64,000 nt of DNA from Basidiobolus meristosporus CBS 931.73 (GCA_002104905.1 MCFE01000330.1:29388-93387), one strand, 5' to 3'; positions 46,301-59,570 are shown, counted from the stretch's first letter. The notes: generated by a model from the sequence alone, not told the origin. Translations and numbers: made by a program.

Positions 46301-49300
46301 ACGGTGGCTTGCTGAATCATACCAGTAGATGCACAGTATTTTGCAAACTCCTTTGAGCAGTATTCCCCTCCATTGTCACTTCAAAGTATCTTCTATTTAC
46401 ACCCAGTTGATGTTTCTGCCATGTTCTTGAGCTGTTTAAACATCTCTAAAGCCTTATCCTCTGTTTTGAGGAAGTATACCCATGAATATCTTGTCTCGTC
46501 ATCAATAAACGTCATAAAGTATCTCTTGGCTCCAAAGGACAGTGTTCTCATGGGCCCACAGTTGTCTGAGTGTACCATAGCCAATATTTTGGTGGTGTTA
46601 ATGCCTCCTGAGCTCCTGAAACATTGCTTAACTTGTTTGCCATATGAACATCCCTTACAGACACTCAATTTTATTGGAATTGAGTAATTTAGGCCCAACA
46701 CAAGCTCATTTTTCATCAATTGGCTCATTTTCTGTTCCCCAATGTGTCCTAGTCTCCTATGCCACAACTCCCAGTTAGCTTTATCAGTTTCAGCAATGTT
46801 GGCATACTCAGGTACATAGATCTTGCATTGTAACTTGTTTATATTGTGATCTCTGATTCCCAAAGCTAATTTTTGTTCATTTTCACTCAATATTGAGCAG
46901 TTCAGCTTAGTAAAAACAAATTTTGGTACCTAAGTAGTTGCTTCATGACTGAGAGTAGGGCCTTAGCTATCCCATGGATGTAGAGTACATCAGTCAGCTT
47001 TGCTGCTGTGGCCCCTGAGATATCACTCATATTTAGTAGTATTGACCCACTGCAGGTAGCTTCCAGTGCAGAGTTGTCTCCCAGATAAACCATTCCTACA
47101 GGAATAGTCTTTAAGTTGCTGAACCACTCCTTTATACCACAAATATGCTGAGATGCTCCGGAGTCAATATCCCATTCATTACCTTGGTTACTTGCGCTCT
47201 CTTGTACAGTTACAAATAGCTGTTCATCAGTATTATATGGTTTGCCTGCTCCAGTTTCTGTGTTTTGTCTGCTTGTTTCCTCTTTCATTCTCTTGCCTAG
47301 TGTCCTGGCTTCTTACAATAGTTAAAGCAACCAGGTTTTCTTTGGTTTTGTTGCTTCCTCTTCTTTTCTGTGTACCTCTCTGAGCTGAAAAAAGCATTGT
47401 CTTTGATTTTCTCCACTGGATCATTACATCTGAGTAATTCATGGAGAAATCTTCCTTTGACATAGTTTAAGGTCAAATTATCTACTCTGCTCTCAAAAGA
47501 AAGTATGAGTGGCTCAAACTTGTCTGGCAGGCTGCCAAGTAGACAGAGTAACTTTTCTTCATCATCTACACCAGCATTAATACTGCTAGGTTCTTCTGCA
47601 AGTGTCTCCATTCTAGTAATGAGTTGTGGCATGTCATAATCTGGCTTCTTCTGCATGTGAAAGAACATTTGTTTTAGATAATGCTTGCTTGCTATTGATG
47701 TTGCTCTAAAGATCTTCTCTAAGGATTCCCATGCTGCTTTGGCAGTATTTGAAGGATGGATTTGTCCAATGAAGTAATCTTGCACATTGATACATATAGC
47801 ATTAAAGGCCTTCCTCTCCTGCTCTTGAAACTTCTCCACTTCTTCTGCTGCTCCTTTGGGCTCAGCTTCTTTTCCTGTTACAATATTCCGAAGCTTTCTT
47901 TCCTCAAGGTGGATCTGCTTCTTGATTCTCCAAAGTCTCTAGTTCTTCCCATCAAATCTCTCCTTTATAGGGAAGATGATTGCATTGTTCTGTTCTCTCC
48001 TTTACAGGGAAGATTTTTGTATAGTTCTGTTTGCTAGTAGAAGTCATCTTTAGAATACATTAAGGCAATTGGGGCTCATAACCTGTAGCAACTTCAGAAG
48101 TGATTTGGATATAAAGAACTTTTCAAGATATAGTGCTAATAGTTGAACTGTAGTTTATTCATAAAGAAGCTCAGTATTTATACCTTTGTAGAAGTAATAC
48201 AACTGCAGCACTAAGCAAGGAGGGTTTCCCAACATTCAGGAGGATTCTGTAACAGTTTCAGGGTTAGTTCATAATGTTTGGTTAAAAGTGTTAATTCAAT
48301 CTACACTATAGGCAAATAATTGTAGGATCATAGATGTGAAGAAACAAGCAAAGTTGGGGCTGCAAATACATCCTACAGTGACCAAGACTAGTGTAGAATT
48401 GTTAAGTAAATTCTTAGCTGCTGAATGATACTGAATAGTCCAATATTTCAGCAGGGAATTGGGATTTCTTAACCAACTTGATTTGGCTGGATCATGAAAG
48501 GTCAAGGATATCATGCAATCATTACACTATTCTCCTCTTCTGCTTGGCTTTCCTTCAGCTTTTGGCCTTGGCTTGTAGGGGTATGATTGGTGAAATAGTG
48601 CTACTAGATATTGGCAGTTTGTCAGGTTTGTTGCTGGTTCCCATGTTTCACAACTGGGCTCACTTTTTTCTTGATCTTGAATTGACCTAGTTGCTTATAG
48701 TAAGTATATTACAAGGATGACTGGTTGCAATGCTCTGTCTCAAAAGCTATGCTGAATCTCCTTCATCATGCTTGGGGCTAAGCTGCTGTTTGTTGTCTGC
48801 AAACCTCTTGTACCCCTCATGGGCAAAGGATAGCTCTTTTGTGAGTGTTACTTGAATATCTAGACTTGTAGGTGCATGTTCCGCTGCTGGGGAGTTGATA
48901 GGTTCTGGTGGAACATGAATATCAAATTTTTGATGAAAGCATAATTTGCAAAGAATGGAGTGAGACCAATTGCGCTATGATATGAGTTGTTGTATGCAAA
49001 TTCTTCAAGCAGTAGCAGCTGATTCCAGTTGTCTTACAGAAAGTTGATATAGCACTGGAGGTATTGTTCAAGAATCAGGTTAATCCTTCCAGTCAGACCA
49101 TCTAACCAAAAATGGAAAGCAGTTAAGAGCTTGACTTATACACCAAGATATTGCATGAAGTGTTCACAGAGCTTTGGTATTAATTGGGGTTCTCGATCAG
49201 ATACAATGTTATTGGGAATACTATGGATCCAGAAATGTGCTTGATTACTAAGTGGGTGGTCTCCTTTGCATCTATATTCTTGGAGCAGGGAATGAAGTGA

Positions 49301-49800
49301 GCCATCTTTGTGAGTCAAAGTGACACTGCTAGGACTCAGTTTTATTGGTTGGACTCTGAGAGGTTGGTAATGAAGTCAATTGAAATTGACGTCCATTGCT
49401 TGTCAGTAATTGGCAAGGGTTTGAGAAGTCCATTTTGCTGGTTTCTGGCAGATTTTGCTCAATCAAATGTAACACAGAGCTGGAGGTACTCCTATAAGGG
49501 ATATCATCTTGGGCTGACAGAAGAGTCTCTTGATTGCAGGCATGGTTTTGGCATTACCAAAGTGTTCTTCAGCCATTGAAGCATAGCAAGAATGGAGGAT
49601 ATCCAACTAAGTATTAAGGTCTGGGGCAAACAGCTGGTACTGGTGGTAGAAGATGTCATTGACTAGATATAGGTACTGGAGGTTTGGGAACTTGGGTGGT
49701 GGGTCAGTGGAAGACTTGAGATATTTCTAAATTGCTGCTGCCCTGGAATTGGTGACCTAGATACAGCAAGTTTCTCCTGGGTACATGCTAATTTCCACAC
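43332..49800 (-). mobile_element. Ty3/Gypsy retrotransposon relic (integrase, PPT, 3' LTR), split by a Copia inserted in its LTR
   Basis: Minus-strand remnants WTSISIDFITNL, HSIPNNIVSDREPQ, DGLTGRINLILEQYLQCY and EFAYNNSYHSAIGLTPFFANY are Gypsy integrase motifs; PPT 48527-48541; LTR 48454-48526 plus 43332-43736 is homologous to solo LTR 18247-18774. Confidence 0.8.
43737..48453 (-). mobile_element. Ty1/Copia LTR retrotransposon, full-length decayed, TSD AGGAA/GGGAA
   Basis: LTRs 48084-48453 and 43737-44104; PBS 48071-48083; PPT 44105-44116; gag with zinc knuckle remnant (CFNYCKKPGH), DSGASQH, integrase 46393-46890, RT 45040-45657, RNase H 44141-44434. Confidence 0.92.
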
Positions 49801-49809
49801 CATAATTGT

Positions 49810-50260
49810 GGAACTTGTACAAACAAGAACCAGTGGGTTCTATAGCACGTACTAGAATTCAGCAGGGAGAAGAAATATATTGGCTAAGTTCCACAAAGTA
49901 TTTTGCGGATGTTCATTACATATGCATAGCAACATTGGTTGCTACCAAGCATATGTTTGCCAGATGTATGCGTAACCAGCACTGCATGGTATATGGCAAC
50001 TTTGAAAGTATCACACTAAAATGCCGTAAAGTTGAGGTGATAGAAGTACATCTATTGCAGCTGGAGTGCATTAGTGTAGAGGTAAGTAGAGAGGAGGCTA
50101 TAATTTTTTGATTTGAGCTATATGTAAAATACGCATGGTGGTAGTGGGTATGTAAATAAATCAGGGTGATTCTAATATGGAATATACAAATGGTGCAAGG
50201 GAAGATAGCAAAAGGAAATACCATTGGGTATATTAATACTGTAGCATTATAAAGTACTAA
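49810..50260 (+). mobile_element. CACTA-like transposase C-terminus and right subterminal fragment
   Basis: ORF 49806-50111 is homologous to 54871-55089 (-); the downstream DNA is the reverse complement of 1800-1905 and 51480-51617. Confidence 0.55.
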
Positions 50261-50629
50261 CTGTAGGCTGCCATATGTCCATTATAGTGCCAATAGATGT
50301 CTGCATCAAATCTGTCAAAATAGCATCAAGTTATCTTCCATACATGGCACTGCATATACTGGTCATTTGGGTCTGCAAAATAAGTGTGGGCTGCAATAGG
50401 AGTGTCAGAATGCTATTCAGATTCAGTTAAAGGACTGCCTAAAAACTGTCAAGTTTCCTTGCCTTTAGAGCAGTAGAATCAACAAAATATTGTCACATCA
50501 TGAAATGGTGAAGAGGGCAATAACTCTAAGCTTCTGGCATTATACTGGCCTCATTGTGGGATCTTGATGGCTGATCTAGATTGGACCCACCTGTGAGACC
50601 ACACTATTTTTCTTAGGGACATCTTTCAT

Positions 50630-51090
50630 AGGAGGCTGCCACATGCAGTGCTGAATGCTTAAAACCAGTGGCAAAGAAATGGCAGGCAACTGCAAGAGTG
50701 CTGGCAAGTGACAAGCAGGCGGAAACAGATGCACTGGAGTAGCTTTCATCAAGGAAAAGATGAAGCTCAATATAAAACACACTTAGTCAATGTAGCAGTG
50801 AGGGACCTAGCAGTGATCAATATCAGCAGCTTCTTCAGGTGCCTGTCACAAGCAAGGCTGTGTGCTAAAATAGGAGGCTGAGCAATGTCAACACCTGGTA
50901 GTGTCAAAGGTAAATGGCAAAGAGTTTTTGTATGCCAGAGACATCAAGCTTGAAAAAAGCAGCAATCCTCACCAATTTGCATCATCAGCCCAGAACAGGC
51001 TGAATACCATAATAGCCCAGAAGAGTTACTACTAAGACTACAGCAGGCTTAATAAGAGTTGGAAGCACAGCTAGTTGAGCTACACTCCAG
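50630..51090 (-). mobile_element. CACTA-like ORF2 fragment (coding sense on plus)
   Basis: Contains GAGGGACCTAGCAGTGA and GTTGAGCTACACTCCAGTG, shared with the ORF2 relics at 60400-61000 and 5800-6100. Confidence 0.5.
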
Positions 51091-51092
51091 TG

Positions 51093-54000
51093 CCCTATGA
51101 AAAATAATTTGCTTCTGTGGGTGGATCCTATCCAGATCAGCCATCATGAGACTGTTATAATACTGGCAGCTTGGAACTCATGACCCTCTACACAATCTTA
51201 CAATGTCATCACAACAGTAAGGGGCTAATTGTACCGCCAAATAAAGTTAAAAAACATAACAGTGTTTAGGTGGTGTTTGCTAAGGGTTGCATGGCATTGT
51301 TGCAGTCTTAGTGTGCTCTGCAACTATTTGAGTGAATCTAACAGGCCAGTAAACCCAATTGCCTTATATGGCAAAGAACTTGATAGTGCTTTGACTGCCT
51401 CAGTGCAAGCTTCTGATGACATTTCTATGACATTGTGGCAACCTGCAGCTAGCACTGTTTAATGATACCATACCAATTTACCAAATGGTATTTCCTTTTT
51501 CTACCTCCCCTTGTGCAATTCATGTATTCCACTGTAGAGTTGCCCCTCCTTATTTGCTTACCCACATCTACCTTGGGTATTTCACATATAGTTTGAATCA
51601 AAAGAAAATGTGGCCTCTGTTGAAATAATTAGGAGTCCACCTAATTATTAATATATTATGAACTAGCACTTAGTGAAATGATATATTTCAGATTATCAAC
51701 ATGAAAATTAGTTTGTAAGATATTTACTAATTATCAGGAATTAGAGAAGTACAGAATTTTAGGAAAATCTGAAATTTGTCCAAATGAGCTGAAACTTGGC
51801 ACATGTACTCCTGAGACTCCCCTAATAATGACCAAATAGTTGCATTTACGTAGTTCTGCAATAAGTATAAATACTGTGTTGCAACTCAATAAAACATCAA
51901 GTGAATATCATGTAAATCTTTAATTCTCCAATTCACTTCCAATATATCTCTCTAATATTTCAACAGGTTATGAGCCCCAAGCTTGCTTTATCTTAGTTAT
52001 CTACTTTGCTCTAGTGCTGTGTCTTTATTCTGGAGAAAGACTGCCTGGTCTACCTGAAGTTACAAAAGACAGAAAAGTACTACCGCTGCAAAGAACTGCT
52101 AGATGGGATATATTGTTTTGGAGAAAGAGGCCTTTGCCCTTAAAGAAGACACTAAGCAAAGAAAAAGGTCATATGTCAAGGAGGTCATGTTGGACAGTTT
52201 TCAAATTATGAAATGTGCAGAAGGATGAAGCTTTGAGAAAATGCGTAATCCCAGAAAGGAGTCCAGATCAATAAGGGGCATATTACATGATATATGTATT
52301 AGTGCTATGATCCTTATTATCACAACATAAAGGAGCTATGTTGATGATCCACATATACCTGGGTTTGCATTAGACTATTTCAGTCAATGAAGTGCCCACA
52401 TTGCTGCAGTGAATTTACATAAGTCTGTAACCACTTGAAATGAAATGATGTGCAAATACTTTGATGCCGCCTGCTGCCCTAGTTTGGAGTTGGATATGCA
52501 GACGAATATATGGATCAGCTTGCCCAAACTCTGAGGATCAAAATGATATATAATACCTATATGTTTGGCCAAAGATCAGTGATCTCAGACATGCCAACTT
52601 AGGAGTGGTACGCATGATATATCAGTGGTACTATTTCCAGTACCAATGATCCTGAGGCCCTGTGAGACACTTATTAGACAAGCTACATGTCTACATCAAG
52701 TATCAGGAACAGTGGGAGGAGATGTATCCATATATGTTGAAGCATGGAATTTCTACCGCCATCAAGAAAAGTGCTACAGGAGACCTTGACCAAAGTATAT
52801 GCTTATAGTCTCTGTATACACTAGAGAATATGCATGAAGTACTATCAAGGAGTGTACTAGCTGCCCTACGCTAGTACATATCTCACATACATACAGTGAT
52901 GAAGGATCATTTATATTAACATGGATCAGATGTTAATCATGCTATTATGATCAGATCAAGTTACTTGCAGCTCCCAGCTACGGGCCAAACTGCAATGATG
53001 ATATCTGCCACCAAGATGCTGAGAGAAATGGCTTTTTAAGGAAGTTTATTTGATCAAATTTGATCAAGCCTGTGAAAAGTTATGCCAGATCCAAATGGAT
53101 GACCAATTTGGTTGAAACATCTCAGAATAGATATGTTTTGAAGACAGGAGGTTCCTGAACACTCTGGGAGATCTAACAAACCGTGGATATGCTACCTGCA
53201 TAGTCCAGATCTAGATCAATAAGGAAATTCCAGCAACCAGCATCTTTAAGACCAGATATGGAACAAAAACCTACCGCCAATAAGTTGTCAGTTTCTAAAT
53301 GGAGTTAGGTGACACCTAAGCCAGATTTGGACTATCTAGCACACTAGATTTGATCCAGTTATCCTACCACACAAGGATAGTGGAGTATTGTTGCTAAGGA
53401 AAGCAGCAGCGCAGTCCAAGAGAACCTGCGTACTCAGAGGCAACATCACAATTACGGTGAGCAATGAAGTCAACTTCCTTACAGTTGGAGCTAGAGAAGT
53501 GGTACCAAGGGCCAACCTAAGGGTTATAATGGGTCCAGAAGATCATGGACTTGTCTATTTGCACTGTCAACCAAGCTCTATGCTGGAAAATTCTATCAGA
53601 AGTAACAGTGACTTATCAGAGCTGTTATGGTAGATTTACGCAATTAGAAAGTGCCAGATCAGGTTGTGCTGTTTAAAGCGCAACAGTACATATGAGACCA
53701 TATCTATCCTGTTTAGGATGAAACCTCTATGAATAGCTGCCAATCAGGCTGTGGTATCTTGTGATACCAAATCAAGCCTATCAAGATGTAAAGGGAAGAT
53801 CTCAATACCGTAACTGCAATATCAGTCCAAGAAAGTTATGCCTAGATCAGAAGGATATATATGATCTATCTGAGTCAATTTTAGAAGGCAGGAAGCACCA
53901 AAAGACATAGCTTCAGTGGGAGTACAATATCCCAGATCAGGAATGAAGAAAAGCTAAGCTAGATACTATTGAAGGCACTAGTCCGGAAGAGGAAATACTT

Positions 54001-55136
54001 GGTCAACCAGTGAAGAATAAGGCCACTACAATGCTGACCAATTGTTGGTCTCAGCAGATCATATATGGAGTATATGAGGAAAGTTACTATCCAGATCCAG
54101 TTATGGATATATGGAGGATAGTCTAAGTGAATTAGACTATAGACCGGAACTGTGGATGATCCAGATCTACTGGAGAGAAGACCACATCCTAACTTTGCCA
54201 ATTATTGACCAATTTTACTCAAATAAGAAACAGCAGATAGCCTGAGAACGCAGCTCTCTGATGATACATACTATGCTGGGATTTGATCAGTATATGAAAT
54301 GTTTTACTCCGATCAAATGGATGATACTCATTCATAGATATTTGCGATGAAATCAGAATTCAGACTCAAAGCAATTTGATCTGAAGTATGTAATTAACAG
54401 TATGAACTTATACTTAGTTATTACAGATAATATGCAATCCTTAACATATATTGGAGAATACATTAGTCCAATAGGTTAGATGGCTAATTGCAGGTTTAAT
54501 TTCAACTGCAAGATACACAACACCACAACAAGTTCATAAGCATATGAATATATTATGTGAGTGGGAGTGTTGAAATAATTAGGAGTCCACCTAATTATTA
54601 ATATATTATGAACTAGCACTTAGTGAAATGATATATTTCAGATTATCAACATGAAAATTAGTTTGTAAGATATTTACTAATTATTAGGAATTAGAGAAGT
54701 ACAGAATTTTAGGAAAATCTGAAATTTGTCCAAATGAGCTGAAACTTGGCACATGTACTCCTGAGACTCCCCTGATAATGACCAAATAGTTGCATTTACG
54801 TAGTTCTGCAATAAGTATAAATACTGTGTTGCAACTCAATAAAACATCAAGTGAATATCATGTAAATCTTCTAATTCTCCAATTCACTTCCAATATATCT
54901 CTCTAATATTTCAACAGCCTCCTGCTTACTAACCTCTACAAATGTGCACACCTGCCACAATTGACATACTTCTATTGCCTCAACTTTATGGTTTTTTAGT
55001 GTGATATTTGCAAATTTGTCATATACCTTGTTTTGCTGGTAACTTTTACATCTTCTATGCATATGCTTTGTTGCCACCATTTCAGCCATGAATATCTCCT
55101 CAATACCTGCAATGAACCTTTTGGTATTTAGCCAAT
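51093..55136 (-). mobile_element. CACTA-like right end, interrupted by LTR element 51618-54916
   Basis: Starts CCCTATGAAAAATAA; colinear with 1401-2745. Confidence 0.6.
51618..54916 (+). mobile_element. Young non-autonomous Copia-derived LTR element (3299 bp), TSD GCCTC
   Basis: LTRs 51618-51965 and 54568-54916 differ at 3 positions; PBS GGTTATGAGCCCC (51966-51978); PPT GAGTGGGAG; perfect GCCTC TSD; no internal ORF longer than 81 aa. Confidence 0.93.
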
Positions 55137-57815
55137 AGAATTGTTCTATTGTACAATGTCAGTGTGCATGGTGTAATCCATAGTCACAAAGAACAATTGG
55201 GCACAATATTGTAGCTACCAGGCAGGATAGCTCTTGGATGATTTCACACTATGTAGAACAATCTTGCACTCAATGGCACAATCTGAGATGATGAGGTTGG
55301 CACAGGTGAATGCACCAACTTGGAATGTTTGCATCACATGCTCAACTAGATAAACTGTAGTGGTTGGTAAAATCCAGAATTTGGATATGTTTCTTTAATA
55401 TAAGTAGATATTAATCTGTATTACACTATAAACTACACTGATACTTACCATTTTGGTTATCATCACTCCAATTGGATGGTATGTCAATGGATGAATGGTC
55501 TAAAAGTATCCAGAAGCTGTTAACCCCCCATTAGATCTTTGACCAATACACAACATACCTGATTTGCCATCAAGTCCAACATTTTGCCCAATGAGCAATT
55601 AAATCCCTGATCTTTGTGATTGAATAAGTTGTCATAACAAGTATGAGACCAACATTGTGTAGGTGCAAATCAGATCACGTGGCTGCACTGGTGCTACAGA
55701 TGATGTATCTACTTGCAGGGTGCTTATTATAGACACTTTGTCTCAAATGTGAGATGGTCTTAATATCACTTACATCCAAAATTTGGTGATCACTTATTTG
55801 TGATGGCCTGATTCTGGTCACAAAAAAATGTGTTGTTTGGATCATGACAAGCGGTAATGATTCAATGTAATTGCCTCATCTTCTCCAAGGCTTCTTTCCC
55901 ATGGGGATACTACTGAAGAATTTGGTAGTGATCCACTATGCATACTTAAACTACTTCCTTGTTGACTATTGTCTTGGCTACTTGTGTACTGATAATCAGT
56001 GTTTTGCCTCCTAGTTGACAAGTGCAATGCTGGAGCTTGGCCATGCTGAATTGCTCCAGATGATATAATGTAGCCAGCCTGAAGTGCCATGCTGTAGTGG
56101 GATCACAGTGACACCCACTGACAAATGTGCTCATTGCCATATTTTCTACTTCCCTATTTTCCCTTCTACACTTATTTTAGTTTTATCCAATTTGTCTTAC
56201 CTGATCATTGCTATCCCATAAGATGGTTGACTATCACACCTGCTTACCTTATTGCATAAGTTATCCCTCACTTCTTGTAATATTACTAGCTGTAAGTACT
56301 TCTATATTAGGCAAGTACCTGCACCAGTACCCATGACTCATGTTCAACAAGTGTCACTGTCCGTACTATTCCCATACCATATATGATATCCCTATGTTAC
56401 GCAGGTTTCAAAGTACTGTTTCCTGATTGGTTGGATCAGCTCTGCCTCTTAGAACCTTCTGGTAACTACTTAGAATATTCTTAGCTCATTCTGATGTCAT
56501 TAAGATTTCTATTGATCTCCAGAACCTTCTGGAACACCATGATTAGTTATCACTTAGCCAGTTAGAAAAGTATATAAGGGTGGCAATCCCTCAACAATAA
56601 ACCATCATCACTTTTATCAATATACCAACTTGTTGATTAGTGTGATCACTGCTACCTGCGCTACCTGAACTTCCAACCCCAGACCACAGGACACTCTCAT
56701 GAAACCATGATGACAGCCAACTGACCTTGCAGGCACTACTTGTGAGGAATACTCAGAAGAGGTATCTCTTATTATATTTGATTCTTTCCCAAGTTTGTTC
56801 TTGTACAAGCAAAGATGCTTTTCTGTCCTAGTAACTATTGACCACCGCTGCATTCTTGTCAAGTCCCTGCGGGTAGAGTTTAGACTTGTTTTGACTTTGG
56901 AAGCTTTAGTACATTGTCATCTCAAAGGTTGCTGAGCCCAGCACATACTTTTGTAAAGATGCCAACTAAGTTGGGGATTGTAGCTCAATAGTTTTCCCTT
57001 GACAAGCTTGTGGCTTTATTCCCCATCACATTAGATTAGGGATAGAACTCAAGTATTCCTAACAAGCTTTTGCCAGAGGTTATTGCACCCAGTGAATACC
57101 CTACACACAAAACACTTGAGAAGTGTTGATGTATCTCTCCCTTGGACGTTTACAGCACCACAACATGCTGACATGTTCTTTTACTTGCCAAAGGCTCCAG
57201 TGGTGGAGGCACCTCATGTGGGTTATTGTCAGTCAGCTCACCAGAAGAAACTTCCTGATGGTCAGGTGAAATGACACGCACAGGCACAAATTGATGTGTT
57301 GGCATAGCCCTTGGCTGAGTTTGATGTTATGTTATATGACACAACTTGGCCCACTCCAAAGAACCTGTGTCTAAATGAGTAGTTTGGCAAGTTCTAGTAG
57401 CTTTGCTCTGAAGTCTCGTGTGCTGATCTGATATGCATTGGCTTGAGGCAGGGAGCTCTTGTCAAAGGTGTTGGTGTAAATTGGACTGACATGCACCAGC
57501 ACACCAGTGTTGCAGGGGATGTTAAGAAGTCCAGCAAAGCATGCTGGCACAATCTAGATGCAGTTGCTCATGGTCTGTATTCTTCCTCTTGAAGCTCACC
57601 TTCTGATTCCTCTAGGTATTCACTTACCCACTGTCTGATACTTTGAAGCTGTTGCCTTGATGAATCCTATTCATTTTGCTCTTGGAAGCCACTCAGCCCT
57701 ACTAATACATTAGTCATTTGAGGAAAAAACTCATTCAAAATCTCTTTGGCTCCCAAAGTTGAGGCACAAACAGATACATCCAGCCTGGACTGCGCAACTT
57801 GCATGCAGAATTGTT
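55137..57815 (+). mobile_element. PHIS/Pangu-like transposon, old truncated copy (terminus plus ORF2 3' part), with nested solo LTR
   Basis: AAT|AGAATTGTTCTATTGTAC terminus; colinear with about 29565-31190. Confidence 0.8.
56093..57162 (+). repeat. Solo LTR (1070 bp), inferred TSD ACGC decayed to ATGC/ACAT
   Basis: TGTAGTGGG...CAGCACCACA; the host site in the young copy is GTGCCACGCGCTGAC (reverse complement of about 17002-17016). Confidence 0.88.
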
Positions 57816-57817
57816 TT

Positions 57818-58339
57818 TTGAGCACAAGCAGATTGAAGATATGCATCTGGTACTCAATACCCATGGCACTCTAAATCTAGCTCCTGTAGCTTGTATCATG
57901 TCACAAAAATGAATGGCACTATCTTGGTCTACTGGTACTGTCTGGCACTATAAGTGCTTTGTATGGATCTTACTTTAGGGCTAATATTTAAATATAGTAC
58001 CAGATAGTACCAGTGGACCAAGATAGTGCCATTCATTTTTGTGACGTGGTACAAGCTACAGGAGCTAGATTCAGAGTGCCATGGGTATTGAGTACCAGAT
58101 GCATATCTTCAGTTCTCCTGTGCTCTTACACATCCTGAGCTACATTGATCCACAAAAAAAGGTCAAAAAATGGATTTTCTCCTGCGCAATGGGTGAAACA
58201 CAGGGGCTGCTTTGCATGAAGATGCAGAGCTATGTTTCACACTCTGTGGCCAGGCAGAGGCTCAGTTGGCCTCTCTGGCACACTATGGCATCATTTGGCA
58301 CTCATGGCTCAATGTGGCACTATCCAACGGAACAAGTCT
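57818..58339. mobile_element. Palindromic MITE, left arm truncated
   Basis: Intact right end ...CCAACGGAACAAGTCT|AAT and spacer; left arm fused to transposon ORF2. Confidence 0.9.
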
Positions 58340-59570
58340 AATATTTTGAGCCTAAGATTGAGGACATTGGTGCAAGTTATATCAATTATTGATATATAAA
58401 ACTCCCAATAAACTATTTCTGTATTTGCATACTGGAAGTTGTTGCATATTGTTGATTAGCCATGACATTGTAGATCAAGCCCCAAACTAGTCATAATGCA
58501 ATACAACACCTCTATCTCAAGTATATCTGGTTTCCAATTCATTTCATATTTGGGCCAATGGCTTATATCTTGCCAACTTTGCTGCAATTTTGTGATGACT
58601 TCTGTAAGTTCTCTCTGCAGGAAGTTGATGTTCTTAGTATTGGTGTTTGGGTAATAATAACGTGTGTGAGTTGTGGTATAAATCCCCTGGATCTTACACA
58701 TTTGACAGCAATACTGTCTATTGTGCCCAGAAACGCCGGCTATCTTTCTGATGGCTGGGGTATCTTCAATGCTGATGATAATACGTGCTTTGACATGATG
58801 GCTGTTCACTGTTATCCTGCAGGAAAGCATATAAAACTCATCCAGCAATGGATACAGGTATTTATCTAGGTTGGACAGTAATTTAGGCCAAGATACCAGT
58901 GAGACTATCATAAGATTTCTGTTCTGATACAGTAAGATAGGTGGCAGATTCAGGCTCATGAGAATCACTGGCCTGCAGGATTTGCTGGTAGAGTACTTGT
59001 TTAATGAAGATGCATCTAGTGCCAAGACCAAGGCATGGTCTTACATACCTTCAAAGTAGCCCTTGCTTCTTAGCTGTTTATAATGTTTGCCATCAAATAT
59101 ATTGGATAGGTCTGCACTTGATTGATAATGAGTGCAGTACTTTACAGCTTCACAATATTTGTTGGACTGCATAAGCTTTTAGACAGGGTTTTACTGGAAT
59201 AAATCCAGAGTGTGAACAATGTTTTCCCCCAATGGTGGTGGATTCCTGAGAAGTTGGACACCTTGCAATGGTGGCATTTTCTGATGTGAATGCCATGCAG
59301 CTATTAACACATGCTGGTAACAGGACAGTGTCTGGGTCCTATGCTGCCAGCCATATGCCTGTTGCCCATTTATACCATGTAGATTGTAAGTTGCATTCCA
59401 GGATGATTTTGGCGCAAAGTAATAGGAAATACCAAGGCCCCCACTACTGATATTAGTGGAAATATGCCACTTCTATAGCCCCAACATCATGCCATTCACC
59501 AGTAAATGGATTACTGGGCTCACTTGACTCCATAAAGTATCCTTGGCATTGTTTCTATGATTGTTGTCTC
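58340..59570 (-). pseudogene. CACTA/EnSpm transposase relic (best-preserved core ORF 58456-59031)
   Basis: LALDASSLNKYSTSKSCRPVILMSLNLPP..YPLLDEF..IEDTPAIRKIAGVSGHNRQYCCQMCKIQG; upstream ACVNSCMAF motif near 59300. Confidence 0.8.

Noticed and set aside
48454-48560. Chromodomain at the end of the Gypsy integrase (EEENSV..)
   Set aside because: This stretch is the PPT and LTR start, as shown by homology to solo LTR 18247-18774; no chromodomain can be supported.
55137-58339. Composite element transposed as one unit (AAT on both sides)
   Set aside because: AAT is the commonest target for this family. The right flank matches the mid-transposase CACTA segment (homolog at about 19900-20000) and the left flank matches the C-terminal segment, so they are not one pre-insertion site.
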